A stretch of DNA of 58,938 nt, counting the filler, from Dugesia japonica (taxonomy: Eukaryota), in the NCBI GenBank assembly GCA_001938525.1. It is 6 parts of 6 records of this genome, joined end to end, with 100 filler letters (N's around TTAATTAATTAA, not from the genome) between each part and the next. Parts side by side here need not be neighbours in the genome. Positions count along the whole stretch, not along the records: positions 16,937 to 26,122 come from MQRL01647990.1; positions 26,223 to 34,731 come from MQRL01290488.1; positions 34,832 to 43,855 come from MQRL01627836.1; 3 more parts are not named here. The stretch is one strand, 5' to 3'. The translations under genes were made by a program, and so were the position numbers. This document shows, in pieces, positions 25,451 through 37,395 of this stretch. Numbering within the stretch: position 1 is the stretch's first letter; the number at the start of each line of letters is the position of its first letter. The notes beneath the pieces were generated by a model that ran no database searches, had not been told where the DNA came from, and was given only the letters and a program-made list of their open reading frames with translations.

Positions 25451-26122
25451 AAATATAATTCTAAATAAAAACAATGTTTCGTTAATTAAATAAATCACAA
25501 CTAGTTAATAATTCCCATTTTATTGTTATAGTTGGACATTAAAATAATATTCAAATGTAATAAAACAAAAAAAAACGACCAAGAAACAAAATAAGAAAAT
25601 TAATTCATTGATGTTGTAACATATGCTCTTTATACAGACATATTTCAATAATAGTGTTTTTGCTTTTCTACATATTAACGGTGTAATGATTATGTTTGTA
25701 ATTTTATAGATAAAATAATGTCTAACATTTAACAAAGTCCACAACAGTATTAAATTTTAAAAATCGATAAAGACAAAAAATATTAAAGCGACACTAAAAA
25801 TGTGTAACAAATCTAACAAAATAAATTCAAACCTAAAAATTATTTTAATATATATTTTTAATAATTATAAATTCTTTCAGTAAATATTTGTGTTAATTTT
25901 ATGTGGAAAATTCTAGCAACAACTATTTTTTACAATTCGATTTTCTTTTGAATTTCTATTATTAATATTGATTAAATCGATATCTTCTTTAATTTCTGGA
26001 TTTTCAGAGATATTTAGCATCTAAATTAAATTAGTTTAATCAATGAAATATTCAATGAAATCAAATCAGATGACAATAGAAATTAGTTTTAGAATCTGAA
26101 AATATATCAAATCAGAATTCGA

Positions 26123-26222
26123 NNNNNNNNNNNNNNNNNNNNNNNNNNNNNNNNNNNNNNNNNNNNTTAATTAATTAANNNNNNNNNNNNNNNNNNNNNN
26201 NNNNNNNNNNNNNNNNNNNNNN
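26123..26222. other. Artificial contig linker
   Basis: N44-TTAATTAATTAA-N44. Confidence 0.97.
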
Positions 26223-27959
26223 ATTATAATAATAATAATAACAATAATAATATTATAATAATTAGATATCCCGACCCAGCACTCGTTTTATTTCGTGACT
26301 CTTTTAACATATTTTTATATTTTGAATCCAATTTTGGCCTGATATAAATTGTGAGATATGAAAAATTATAATTAATACTTAAAAGAAATTAAAAAATCAT
26401 TGAAAATTGATTTAAAAAAAATTATATTATATTAATTTATGCCAGTTAATTTTTAATCTGAAATGGACTCTGAAAATATTAAAGAAAACAAAAAATTCAA
26501 TTAATGTTTTTTTGACAACTGCCTCTTGAACCTAAACAAAATTACCACCATCTGCTAATNNNNNNNTTGAGCTCTGTTGAACACTGGAATCATAACAGTG
26601 CTGGAACACGAATTCATTTATATATTTTTTTGTACACTAGCTGAAGAATAGTGGAGAGCTGGCCAACTTCATTCAATTGTTTACCGCATGAACTCTCAAA
26701 GCAAATAATGATTATACGGATTAGCTGATTGTAAAACTTGTCTATCTTATAACTTTATTATAAATATATCTCATGAAGACTGTTTAATATGGCAACATTC
26801 TTATAATTTTACTAATCACGGTAAATTTTAGAACGAAATGTATTTTTAAAATTCAAGACCTAGAATTGTGAATGTTTTCTGATGTAATTTTCATCAAAAT
26901 GATTGAGTAGGATTTAATTATCATATTTTCTTAACTTGACTTTCAATTTAAAATTGTTTTCTGAACTTTGATCTACAATTTTAGAAGTGTTCTTTCATCA
27001 TATCTAGACTGACTTAAATTAAATTCTCAGAAAATGATTAATCAAATCTGTAGAAACTACATCATTGTAATCAATCTGACGAGAATCAACATTCTTATTT
27101 GAGCACATTGCATGCATTTTAATTCAGAATTATTTGAACAAATTAAATCTTTGAAAAGAAATGGTTTTATATTGTGTTTTTGAATGTGTAAATGTTAAAA
27201 TTAATATTCATANNNNNNNNNNNNNNNNNNNNNNNNNNNNNNNNNNNNNNNNNNNNNNNNNNNNNNNNNNNNNNNNNNNNNNNNNNNNNNNNNNNNNNNN
27301 NNNNNNNNNNNNNNNNNNNNNNNNNNNNNNNNNNNNNAACTCTTTGGAACTGAATTACCGAGTCAGTCTCAGGTGGAATAGTTCGTAAAGATTGTATTAC
27401 ATGGGTGTACAATTCTACATAGCAACCGGGATTTGCTAGTAACTCTTTTCTTTTACGAGTCATTGATCATATTATCAACTCGTTCTTATGAATTAAGAAC
27501 AAAAGAATAAGTACGAACAATTGTAATTATTAAATCAGGGGATTTTATTTTAAAGATGCGATAGAAATTTGCCTTTATAATCTAGTTTTAAAATGTCTAT
27601 ATAGTCAACACCCAGTGTAGTATTTGTGGCATGTCTAGTTTCATAAATCAGAAGAAAAAATTTAAGATTTAATTGAATGTTTGAGGTTTTAGAAAATGGA
27701 TCGAATCAATATTTTATTTATATCGTTATCAAATATTATTACAATATCACCTTTTTTTTAATCATCAATTTTAATTCATTTTTTCTTTTGAATTCATGCT
27801 TCATTTCCTCGCTCATATTTTATTTTTATCAACTATCATTGCTGACAATTATCATAACGTTTTTACTTTTATATAATTTATTTTAATTAAGTTAAGATTC
27901 AGTTAATCTTATTTTCGATTTCAAAATATTAAATAATTATTTTTTTGAAACTCATTTTA

Positions 27960-28528
27960 ATTCTATATATTACTTTTAAATTTGTAAATCTCACAAGTAC
28001 ATATTGGAATTCCCGCATTTAAAATCTCATTAACTTTCTCCGAATTTTGTTTTAATCCAAATTTGTTTATATTATGACCCAAAATCCCTAGCTCTTCTTG
28101 ATACACCTTACATTTGGGTGTATTTACTTTAAGATTTGATGCTTAATATTTTTGATATCTTTCTTATAGAATAAGATCATATTAATTCTGATATTTTGCA
28201 GAAATTAGAATATCATTGATATAAACTATAACGCCTTTAAAAAGAATATCTGATAGAATTGCATGCATTATTATGTGAAACGTATCCGGAGCGGTTGATA
28301 GAATAAATGACATGCGATTATAACATTACTGGTTGTTTTTGTAAAACGAGCGGTTTAAGTTTATTCTCCTTTTCTAGTTCAACTTAATAATACGCTTGAC
28401 CTATATTTTGAGATATTTTCCAAGCATTCCTATCCATTACTTAAATTGATGCTCCTGTATGTCATAACATCTCCACACCTTTACGATTCTCTTTAACCAC
28501 GCTCCGAATTCTTACATCGCTATTTACG
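27960..28528 (-). mobile_element. Older Gypsy element, PR/RT part (host of nested insertion)
   Basis: EML*HTGAS (decayed protease DTGAS); RMSFILSTAPDTFHIIMHAILSDILFKGVIVYINDILI (RT YxDD region). Confidence 0.75.
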
Positions 28529-28635
28529 TGTTAATGATAAATTACAAAAATAATATTTATTCAAATAAAACAGGTTCAAATTATCCTCTTCTAAAATCAG
28601 AATATTTAAACACTTCATTTTTATATTATATCACA
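28529..28635 (-). repeat. 3' LTR (107 bp)
   Basis: 101/107 identical to 33232-33338; preceded on the minus strand by the PPT. Confidence 0.95.
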
Positions 28636-31600
28636 TCCCTCTTTTTATCATTCGAATTCTCGGAATCTTGTTGGTTTACGTCTTTCTCTTGTAGGATTTA
28701 TTCTTTCTTGTTTCTCGCTTGTTAATTGTTCCGGTTTCATTATTGAACTTCTTTTTGATTGGCTTATTATTGTAATGTTCTTAAGACTCTTTTCTCATTT
28801 CTTCTTTCTAGCTTCTCTATTGTAAATCTTTTAATTTGATTAACATTACGAATTAGCGATTTCCCTTTGTAACTCATTTTTATATTATCGTATGGTAATA
28901 TTTCCGTAACTTCATATGGTCCTTTATATTGCTTCTATAATATTCCTTTCTTTTCTGATTTGAACATCACCATATTGCCAATTTTTATTTGATGGTTATT
29001 ATTAATAATTACACTGTCTTTTGCTTTTAAATTTTGATTTATTCTTTCTAAATTTACTCTTTTATTCTTTAAAGATTGATCTAGATTTTTCGAGTTGACT
29101 TGTTCGTTATTTAAATAAGCTTGAAATTGTTTGCCAAAAGCTATTTCAAAAGGAGAATAATTAGTTGTTTCATTTTTGGTTATTCTCACAACCATTTCGA
29201 CGAATGGAATGGCATCTATCTAATTTGTGAGAAATTTCAAGCTGGTTGCATAAATTCTATCCTTTGCAGTTCTAAAAATCCTTTCTATCAAGTCGTTTGC
29301 TTGATGATAGTATGGGCTTGCAAAAGTTTGATTTATTTTAAGAACTTTACAAAATTCTTCCATGAAATTGTTTTTAAATTGACTTCCATTATCAGAGTGA
29401 ATAATTTTAGGCATTCAAAAGATAGTGATCCATGTTTTAAATAATTTAGTTATTACATATCTCCATTTGATCCCTTTAAGATGAATTAAATTGGTTTATC
29501 TTGAGAAGACATCTATTAAACCTAAATTATATCTATAGGCTTTACATTCTGGTAATGGTCTGGTGATATCCATGCATAATTTTTCAAATGCCTCATTAGC
29601 CACAAAACCTTTCTCAGGAATGTAGTTTGAAATTATTCCATTCATTTGATTTATGCATGGAAAGGATTTTATCTCTTTACTCATATTCTTCCAGTCATAT
29701 CAATTCTGAATTAATTTCATTGTCTTTATAAATCCTGGTAGGCCATGTTATTATGATAATATTCCATTATTTCCTATTTTCTTTGAGACGTGAAATCATT
29801 TTTTAGATCTCGAATAATTGGCTTCTCATCATTTTCTTTCTCCATCAGTTTCATATTTATTCGGTTCTTTGGTTGATTATGTCTGAGTTCACATTGTTCA
29901 CATTCCGGTCGGCTCATATACTCTGTGTGTATGTGTAATCTGCCAGGTCGGTGTTCAATATCAAAATCATATTCCTCTAATTCTGTGATCCAAGTAAAAT
30001 ATATGATGTATTTGGATTTTTAGTTACAAGAATGCTTTATGATCAGTTTTTATTTTGAAACTTCTCCCCAATAAATAATGCCTGAATTGTTTCAAAAACC
30101 ATAGACAAATAATAACTCCTTACGAGTAACACAATATTTCAATTCTGAATTTGTCAGCTTCTTTGACGTATATGCGATAAATTTTTCATCTTTATTTTGA
30201 ACTTAGCTTAAGATTCCTCCAATATGGGTGACTTGCATCTGTATTTAATATAAACATACCTTCTTTCAGAGGATAAGCTAGAACTGGGGCTGTTGTTAGA
30301 AGTACCTCTATCTTTTAAATGCTTCTTTTCCTTTAGCATCGCAAATTATTTGTTTTTTGCTGTATTTCCCTTTTATTTTTTATTTTTCTTGTTTCAGTAT
30401 AGTTTCTAAAAGTTGAACGACATAAGCAAAATCTTTTATAAATTTTCTATAATAGTTACAGAAAGCTATAAAAGAATGTAGATCTGAGTAACACCAATTT
30501 CGAACTTCTTTATCTTTATTGGATTTGTTTTTATACCTCTACCGCCATTTTATGTCCCAAATATGAAACTTCCTTTAGCAAAAAATTACATTTGTCAGGT
30601 TTTAATTTAACTCCCGATTCTTCTATTTTAGCTAAAACAACTTCCAATCGACTGAGATGTTGTTCATACGAGTTTCCAAATATCAAAACATCGTTCAGAT
30701 AAATAAGACATTGTTCCCAATTTTCATTTTACAATATCAGATGGATAAGTCGTTGAAATGTTTTTGGGTCTGAACTCAGGCTAAATCGCATTCTATTAAG
30801 TTCATACTATCCTCTCCTAGTAGAAATTGGTGTTTTTTGTTTATTTGCGTCATTTACTTCGACATTATAATATCCATTGAATAAGTCTAAAATCTTTGCT
30901 CAACCCAATGCATCAAAAAGTTGAGAAGTTTCTGGAATTGGATATATTTGTCTGATTGTGACTAAGTTTAATTGCCTGTAATGGACATATAATTTTATGA
31001 CACCATTGACTTTAGTGATACACACTAAAGTTGTATTTCATGGACTTTCACTTTTCCTAATTATCTCATTTTTCAATAATTCTCCAACTAAGTTATCAAC
31101 TTTATTCTCAAGTCCTATCGGTATTCGTCTAAATGGAACAGCGATCGGCACTTCTTCTTTACTGACAATGCAATTCTTTAGTTTTTTACAATGACCAATA
31201 TCCGTGTCGCATTAACTAAATATGTTAGTATATTTTAATATTAATCTCTTAACCTTTCTTTTATGTTCTAAAGGAATGTCGTCTTCTTTTTTGATTCTAT
31301 CAATCAATCCGTTTACATGAGACAACTTTAATTTGTCTGAATAAATATTTTCGATGAACTCGACTTTTTCTTCCCAGATTTTTAAACTACCCCTTCTTGT
31401 GCCTTTATAAATTTTTTTTTCGAAATCTGATAAATTTTAAAGTCTTATAGGAATCTTTCCTATATAGAATCTTTCGATAGTGTCTTTGTCAACAGACACT
31501 AACGAATTAGCTGACAAGATATCTAAATTTGCTATTTTGTCTTTATAACCTACAAAGATTCCTTCTCTAATTTTGAATTCATCACAGTCAACAAATCCAC

Positions 31601-33219
31601 CTACAAAATATTCTTTAAGCTTTTCTAAAACTACAGTTTCGTCCAAAATGAGGAGTAAAGAGCAATATTGAGTCTTGTTTTTTCTAGCACCTGAATCGTG
31701 ACTCTTAAGATTGGTACTTGTTAGTTTTCCACTCCTTCGTCACAAACCTTTGACACAAATGGTATATATATATACAGTCATCTTTTGCCACAATTTGAAT
31801 TCTGTGTGTTTTCATCGATTTAATTCCAATGATAATTGTTGGCGAAACGTTTTCTACCACTTTAAATTCTAATGTCAATACTTTTTCTCCAATTACCAGT
31901 TCAACTTTTGCAACCCCCACGGTTTTCATTGGCGTTCCGTTTGCACAGTACATTCTTTCTGTATTTTTGAAAAATTTAATCTATTTGTTACTTTTTCTCA
32001 ATTCACAAATTAAATTGTAATCTATTACATTTGATTCTGTCCCACTATCTATTAGTGTCGCTACCCATTTTTGTTTTATTCTCGCTTGGACCAAAGGCTC
32101 ATTTTGTGCAAATTCTGAGTGCTTTTCTGTATTCAGTGTTTTTGCTTTATTTTCAAACTTTACTATGGCTCCTTGCTCTTTAATGTATTGAGCTGAATTC
32201 ATAACTTCTTTATTATAAAAATTATTTTTATTACCTTTTTCGGTTTCGCGTTTTTCTTAACTATTCCGTTCAATGCATAATTAGTCTTCGTGCTGAACAT
32301 TTCTGATCTCGTTGAAATCCATCTATTTTCATCAAACTCCATATGTTCACTATCATTTTTATTAATATATCTGACTTTTTCCATATTTCTTGTTCTGCAA
32401 AATCGATNNNNNNNNNNNNNNNNNNNNNNNNNNNNNCAAATAAATTGGTTTTTACAATCTCTCACAAAATGGCAAAAAATGTCACAGTTAAAGCATTTAA
32501 TATCTTTAATTTGGATATTTCTAGACCGACTTTCATTATTAGTCTTAGAGTTATTCACTCCAGATTTATTTCTTCTGTTCTCTATATCTTTAGATAGCCT
32601 GGCTATCAGTTGTTCCAATTCCGGCATCTTCTGTTTTAGTGAACGCACTTCATCTGATAAGTCATGTTGTGTTTTAATTTGTCTCAAATTTTCATTACGT
32701 TTTTAACTTCTTTTTTTTACAAAGTTATAAGCTTCTTCTAATGATTCTGGCTTAAGAAATTTAACGGCTGCCGCCACTTTTTTATCGTTCAATCCAAATA
32801 AAAAAGCGAATATTAAAGTCTTTTCTCTGTGCTCGCTTTTCAATTCTGGTTGACTTTTAAATAAATAAACTATCAATTTTGTAATCAATTCTCTTAAAGA
32901 GAGGTAATTTTGCTTAATCTGTAAAAGTTCGGTAATAGGAAAAATCCTCAAATCTTTAACTTTATATAATTCTACAAATTTATTACTTAACAAAGTAAAG
33001 TCACCATCAACATTCTGGTAATCTGGTAAAGAAAATAACTCATATTGAGCATCTTGCTCTAAAGTATTAATAAAATATCTAATTTTTTCATTACCATCTT
33101 CGATCTTTAAATTAAGAACGTGGTTCTTACATTCCTAAAGGTGTTTTGCAGAATAATCTCCAATATGAAAAGTTTGCAGCGTCTGAACCATGTTGAAAAA
33201 AGTTGATAAAAATATTCTG

Positions 33220-33231
33220 CTCCTGACACCA
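33220..33231 (-). promoter_or_regulatory. Primer binding site, tRNA-Leu type
   Basis: TGGTGTCAGGAG directly after the 5' LTR, complementary to the CTCCTGACACCA 3' end of tRNA-Leu(CAG). Confidence 0.75.
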
Positions 33232-33338
33232 TGTTAATGATTAATTACTAAAATAATATTTATTCAAATAAAACAAGTTCAAATTATTCTCTTCTAAAAT
33301 CTGATTATTTAAACACTTCATTTTTATATTATATCACA
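33232..33338 (-). repeat. 5' LTR (107 bp)
   Basis: TGTGATAT...ATTAACA on the minus strand, followed by the PBS. Confidence 0.95.
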
Positions 33339-34110
33339 TAACGCATATCTCGTCATCTACTTTTAAATTTCGATTTTTATGTGTTCTTACTTTCTTGACT
33401 CCACAGACGAGATTGTAACAGTAAAGTTTTAAATAGATGTTATAGTTTAAATAGTTTACATCATGTGCTACTTCATCTGATTCATCGCAAATTACATTTA
33501 TTGCATCTTTTTCATCAGTTTCATCTGCATTACATCAATATATTTTCAAAGTAGTCGACAACTTCTAAAGTTATGGTCCGATTTCCCACAAATTAAAATA
33601 CAATCTTTTTGAGGACAANNNNNNNNNNNNNTTCCCATTAAACCACATCAAAAACACATATCGGATCTCAAGATCTCTTATCTTAGAGATGAAAAACATT
33701 TTGATTGATTTTAAAACTTTCTGTCAATAAACTTCATGAATTTATTTGGCGAGTTTCTTTGGATTTCTTTTGGTATTGAATTTGAGGATTTACTTCTAGA
33801 TCATTAACAACAGATGTTGGTCTTGATATCATTAGCCTATTCAAATTCGAATATAGTTTCGACCGTATTAATTCTATTTGAAATTTAGCAGTAATTAAAT
33901 GGTGCCACATCAAAATATGATAATTTATTTATTTATGACTTTTTGCCAATATCATAGTTGACATTGATAGATTATACTAAAATCTTCGATTATTTGTAAA
34001 AAAGATTTATCTTTGACAAACTTTTATTTAAACCACTGTCTTGTTGATTTTTTGTACATGTTGGTTCGTGATTTACAAGCTAACCGTAAATCCGTAGCGT
34101 TCCCATCTAA
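33339..34110 (-). mobile_element. Older Gypsy element, gag part (host of nested insertion)
   Basis: Zinc-knuckle remnants CF*CGLMG..CP and CGKSDHNFRSC; the frame joins the 28528 flank across the TSD. Confidence 0.65.
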
Positions 34111-34659
34111 TAAAAATCAAAAGTTGATATGAAGTCAATTTTATTATTTTTATATCTAACTCCTTTTGTTTGTATATATATATATATATATGTGTGTGTG
34201 TATATTGTACTGTTGGATATTTTTAGTATTTTAGAGTTTGCAAAAAAGCGCTGTTTGTTTTAAAACACCCTATATATAAATATTTGCAACAGATTATTAA
34301 ACGTTTCGTATTTTATATCAAAATCAAATGAACAACAACATCACCATATAAAGCATCGTAAAATAAATTTTACTGTAAAATGATTTTACATTGTAACAAA
34401 AAAAATGGACATATATGATATGAAATAGGTATTAAGTACTAAAATTTATACAAATCATATGTGTTAAATGAAATCCAAAATTTTCCTTTTCGTTAATTTA
34501 TTTTAAAATGGATGCAAATTACTTGGACTTGTTTCAATCCAGTCTGATATTGCCAATTTCTTTTAAAATCTATCTTCAATTAGATTTTCAAGTTGCATTT
34601 TAGTTATAAAAGGAATTTTATATATCAAATATTAAAATGAAGAACGATATTGAAATCAA

Positions 34660-34661
<2 letters not shown>

Positions 34662-34731
<70 letters not shown>
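34662..34731. repeat. (AAT)n microsatellite at contig end
   Basis: Seen directly. Confidence 0.9.
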
Positions 34732-34831
34732 NNNNNNNNNNNNNNNNNNNNNNNNNNNNNNNNNNNNNNNNNNNNTTAATTAATTAANNNNNNNNNNNNN
34801 NNNNNNNNNNNNNNNNNNNNNNNNNNNNNNN
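34732..34831. other. Artificial contig linker
   Basis: N44-TTAATTAATTAA-N44. Confidence 0.97.
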
Positions 34832-35261
34832 TAATAAATGACAGCTATAATTTTCGCTAATTTCTCGATAAGATTGTTAAAAATATTAATTATCAATCGG
34901 ATTTATTAATAAATCATATTCCAATCAAAATTCATTTCAATTAAAAAAATTTTAATTCATGAGAAACTTTTTTCAGAAATTGTTTGCTTTTATATTTAAA
35001 AATCAGATTAATTTTAATTCGAAATTTATGTGAAATATCGAGTTTCTCTAACAAAAGATAATTGCAAAGCTTTTATTATATTTGTGCTAATTTTCAGATT
35101 ATTCATTTCCTGTATCTCCAATTATTACTAATTCTCCTGATTATGACGTAATACAATAATTATCAAAATACACAACAAAGTTGTGCAATTGATACTATAA
35201 AACCATGATCATTATAGATATTATTTATCGTTAATATTTTTAAATATTTTTTTATCAAAAT

Positions 35262-36455
35262 ATGAAAACTATATTAGAAGACAATGAAAATCCAATGAAT
35301 ATACAAAAATCCAATACTTCCGTAAAATTGAGATCAAAAAAGAAAGATCAAACTGGAGATTCGGTGAGAGAAAGTATTTTTAAAAGATTTACTCGATTTG
35401 TTAATCCAAAAAAACCGACAACTCAACAGAATAATCATGAAAATATTGATTTTGAACTTGGAAAATTAAATATTAATGAACAAACTCAATCGAAACCTGT
35501 TATTAATAAAATCAATGACGATTTGTTTTATACTGTACAACGTATTAATAAATTATCGGAGATATTTTTCCACCCAATCAAAATCAAATGCTGTTCGATA
35601 ATTCAAAACAGAGTATTTATTGGAATAGAAAACAGTACCGATATTTGTATTTTATCATTTGATGAAACCGAACAAAAACTGAAATTCGAAGAAATGTGGA
35701 ATCCGATTTTAAGAGATTTCCCACTTTATCCTGTACAAATAAAATCCGATAAACAAGGCTATATTTATTTATCGGCCTATTATTATCCGCGGATTAATGA
35801 AGATGAAAAATTGTATTTACTAATAAAATATGATAGTCAATTTAATATAATAATTAAAACGAGAAAATATAGCTTTCCTAGATTTTCGGATTTTGATTTT
35901 GACTCTGATGATTGTTTAATTATTATTTGTTCATCTAAAGAAGATAATAGTGTTTATCATGTATCGAAATTAACCGAAGATTTTGCTAGATTTTGTTATA
36001 AATTTAATTTTTCTAGTTCGTCTAGTAGATATATTCCACAAAGGATACTTTGTTTAGGTATTGCCGAGAAATCATGGATAATTGCGTATAAAGAAGAAAA
36101 TGAAGAAAAAGAACCAAGATTGATTAGTTTCAATTCGGAAGCATGTAGAGATAAAGATGAATCAATGACAAATTTCATGGGTAAAATTAACACATCAGCT
36201 TGGAGTTCTGGCCATTTTAATCCTCAAGAAATAAATAGATTTACCAGTAAATATACGTTCTCGATTGATGAGAAAACTAAAGCTCTCTATTGTTTATCAT
36301 GGGATCACAAAAACAGTTGCCCTGATGTTGCTCAAATTTCAAATATTGGTGAACCGTTATTCGAAAACATATGTACCGACAGTAATGGAATTGCATATCT
36401 TTTCACTTTACACAGCATTTATAAGTTTGCAGTAACTTTGCAAAAAGACTGTTAA
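35262..36455 (+). CDS. Hypothetical 397-aa protein; disordered N-terminus plus probable NHL-like beta-propeller
   Basis: 1194-nt uninterrupted ORF in very AT-rich DNA. Recurring blade-like motifs PVQIKSDKQGYIYL, FSDFDFDSDDCLII, PQRILCLG, PQEINRF and ENICTDSNGIAYL. AATAAA at 36455-36460. Confidence 0.85.
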   Translation: MKTILEDNENPMNIQKSNTSVKLRSKKKDQTGDSVRESIFKRFTRFVNPKKPTTQQNNHENIDFELGKLNINEQTQSKPVINKINDDLFYTVQRINKLSEIFFHPIKIKCCSIIQNRVFIGIENSTDICILSFDETEQKLKFEEMWNPILRDFPLYPVQIKSDKQGYIYLSAYYYPRINEDEKLYLLIKYDSQFNIIIKTRKYSFPRFSDFDFDSDDCLIIICSSKEDNSVYHVSKLTEDFARFCYKFNFSSSSSRYIPQRILCLGIAEKSWIIAYKEENEEKEPRLISFNSEACRDKDESMTNFMGKINTSAWSSGHFNPQEINRFTSKYTFSIDEKTKALYCLSWDHKNSCPDVAQISNIGEPLFENICTDSNGIAYLFTLHSIYKFAVTLQKDC

Positions 36456-36990
36456 ATAAAAGATTTTTAAAATTTGTTTTATGCTGCTCATATTGATATA
36501 TAATTTTTAAATGTTCTTCTTTATGCAGTTTTATCATTCAATGTTTCTATAATTCACGATTAGTTAAAAAAAATCAACTTTATATAGAGAAAAATATTGA
36601 TTTAAAAATTTGATATTAATAATTTTGATATTCATTTTAATATTGATTTTGTTTATTAATATTAATTAAGAAATTTTCATATTGACATATAATTTTAAAA
36701 TATTTTCTATCTGATTATTTCTAATCCTAATTTTATGTTTTTTTATGACTCATAATAAAAAATGAAATTTTATGTAAAGTAAAAAAATTTTCTTTTACTT
36801 TCTTAACTTTGTATGGGTATTTTGTAGAAACTCTGCATAAAATAATTTTTTTCCCATACTACAAAGTTATGAAAAATTTGAAATTTTTCGTTCATTTTAT
36901 CTAATCTACGAAAATCGATAATGTAACAGCTCTTTCAATAGATTCCTTTTTATTTANAATGATTTTTCAAAAATAATTTTATATGAAATA

Positions 36991-37395
36991 GGTGTCATCC
37001 ATAACTGACGTCACACGATTTTGGATGATTCTTTACACCCCTCGTGTCACACTTAGTCACAAGAAGTCAGACCCCCCTAAAATATGACGCCACAAAATCT
37101 GCATCCCCTCCGCCAAACTTTTATTTCTAAAAATGAAAATTTAAAGGTTCTAAATTAATATTTGTCACGTTGAAAGACAGAGATAGCGGTGTTCAGCCCA
37201 GAGCTGTGTCTAGCCTCAAATATGCTTCCCTGATGCTCAATAGTGCACTATATGGCTCAGTTACAGGAATATATTAAAATAGTTAAAATTAAATACTCTC
37301 ATTTATTTTTATGTGACGTCTCATATCTTAGCCCCCTCGTCACAAATGTATGATCCCCCTCCCCTATTCGTATGACGTCATTTATGGATGGCCCC
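36991..37395. mobile_element. MITE (405 bp), Zator/Harbinger-type non-autonomous element
   Basis: TIRs GGTGTCATCCATAACTGACGTCA / TGACGTCATTTATGGATGGCCCC (20/23 match); 3-bp direct flank ATA on both sides; internal GTCAC and CCCCT repeats. Confidence 0.85.

Larger units (their letters stand above)
28529..33338 (-). mobile_element. Complete but decayed Ty3/Gypsy LTR retrotransposon (4.8 kb)
   Basis: Two 107-bp TG..CA LTRs; PBS TGGTGTCAGGAG; PPT GATAAAAAGAGGGA; TSD TTACG/TAACG. Domain order gag (CFNC..H..RDC), PR (LIDSGTESN), RT (IYLNDVLIF), RH (YCVTRKELL), IN (IHSDNGSQF..LIERIFRT..GPY). Confidence 0.95.

Noticed and set aside
26270-27540. Coding-like minus-strand stretch (MTRKRKELLANPGCYVEL...)
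   Set aside because: Fragmented by stops and Ns with no motif I can assign; probably a decayed TE.
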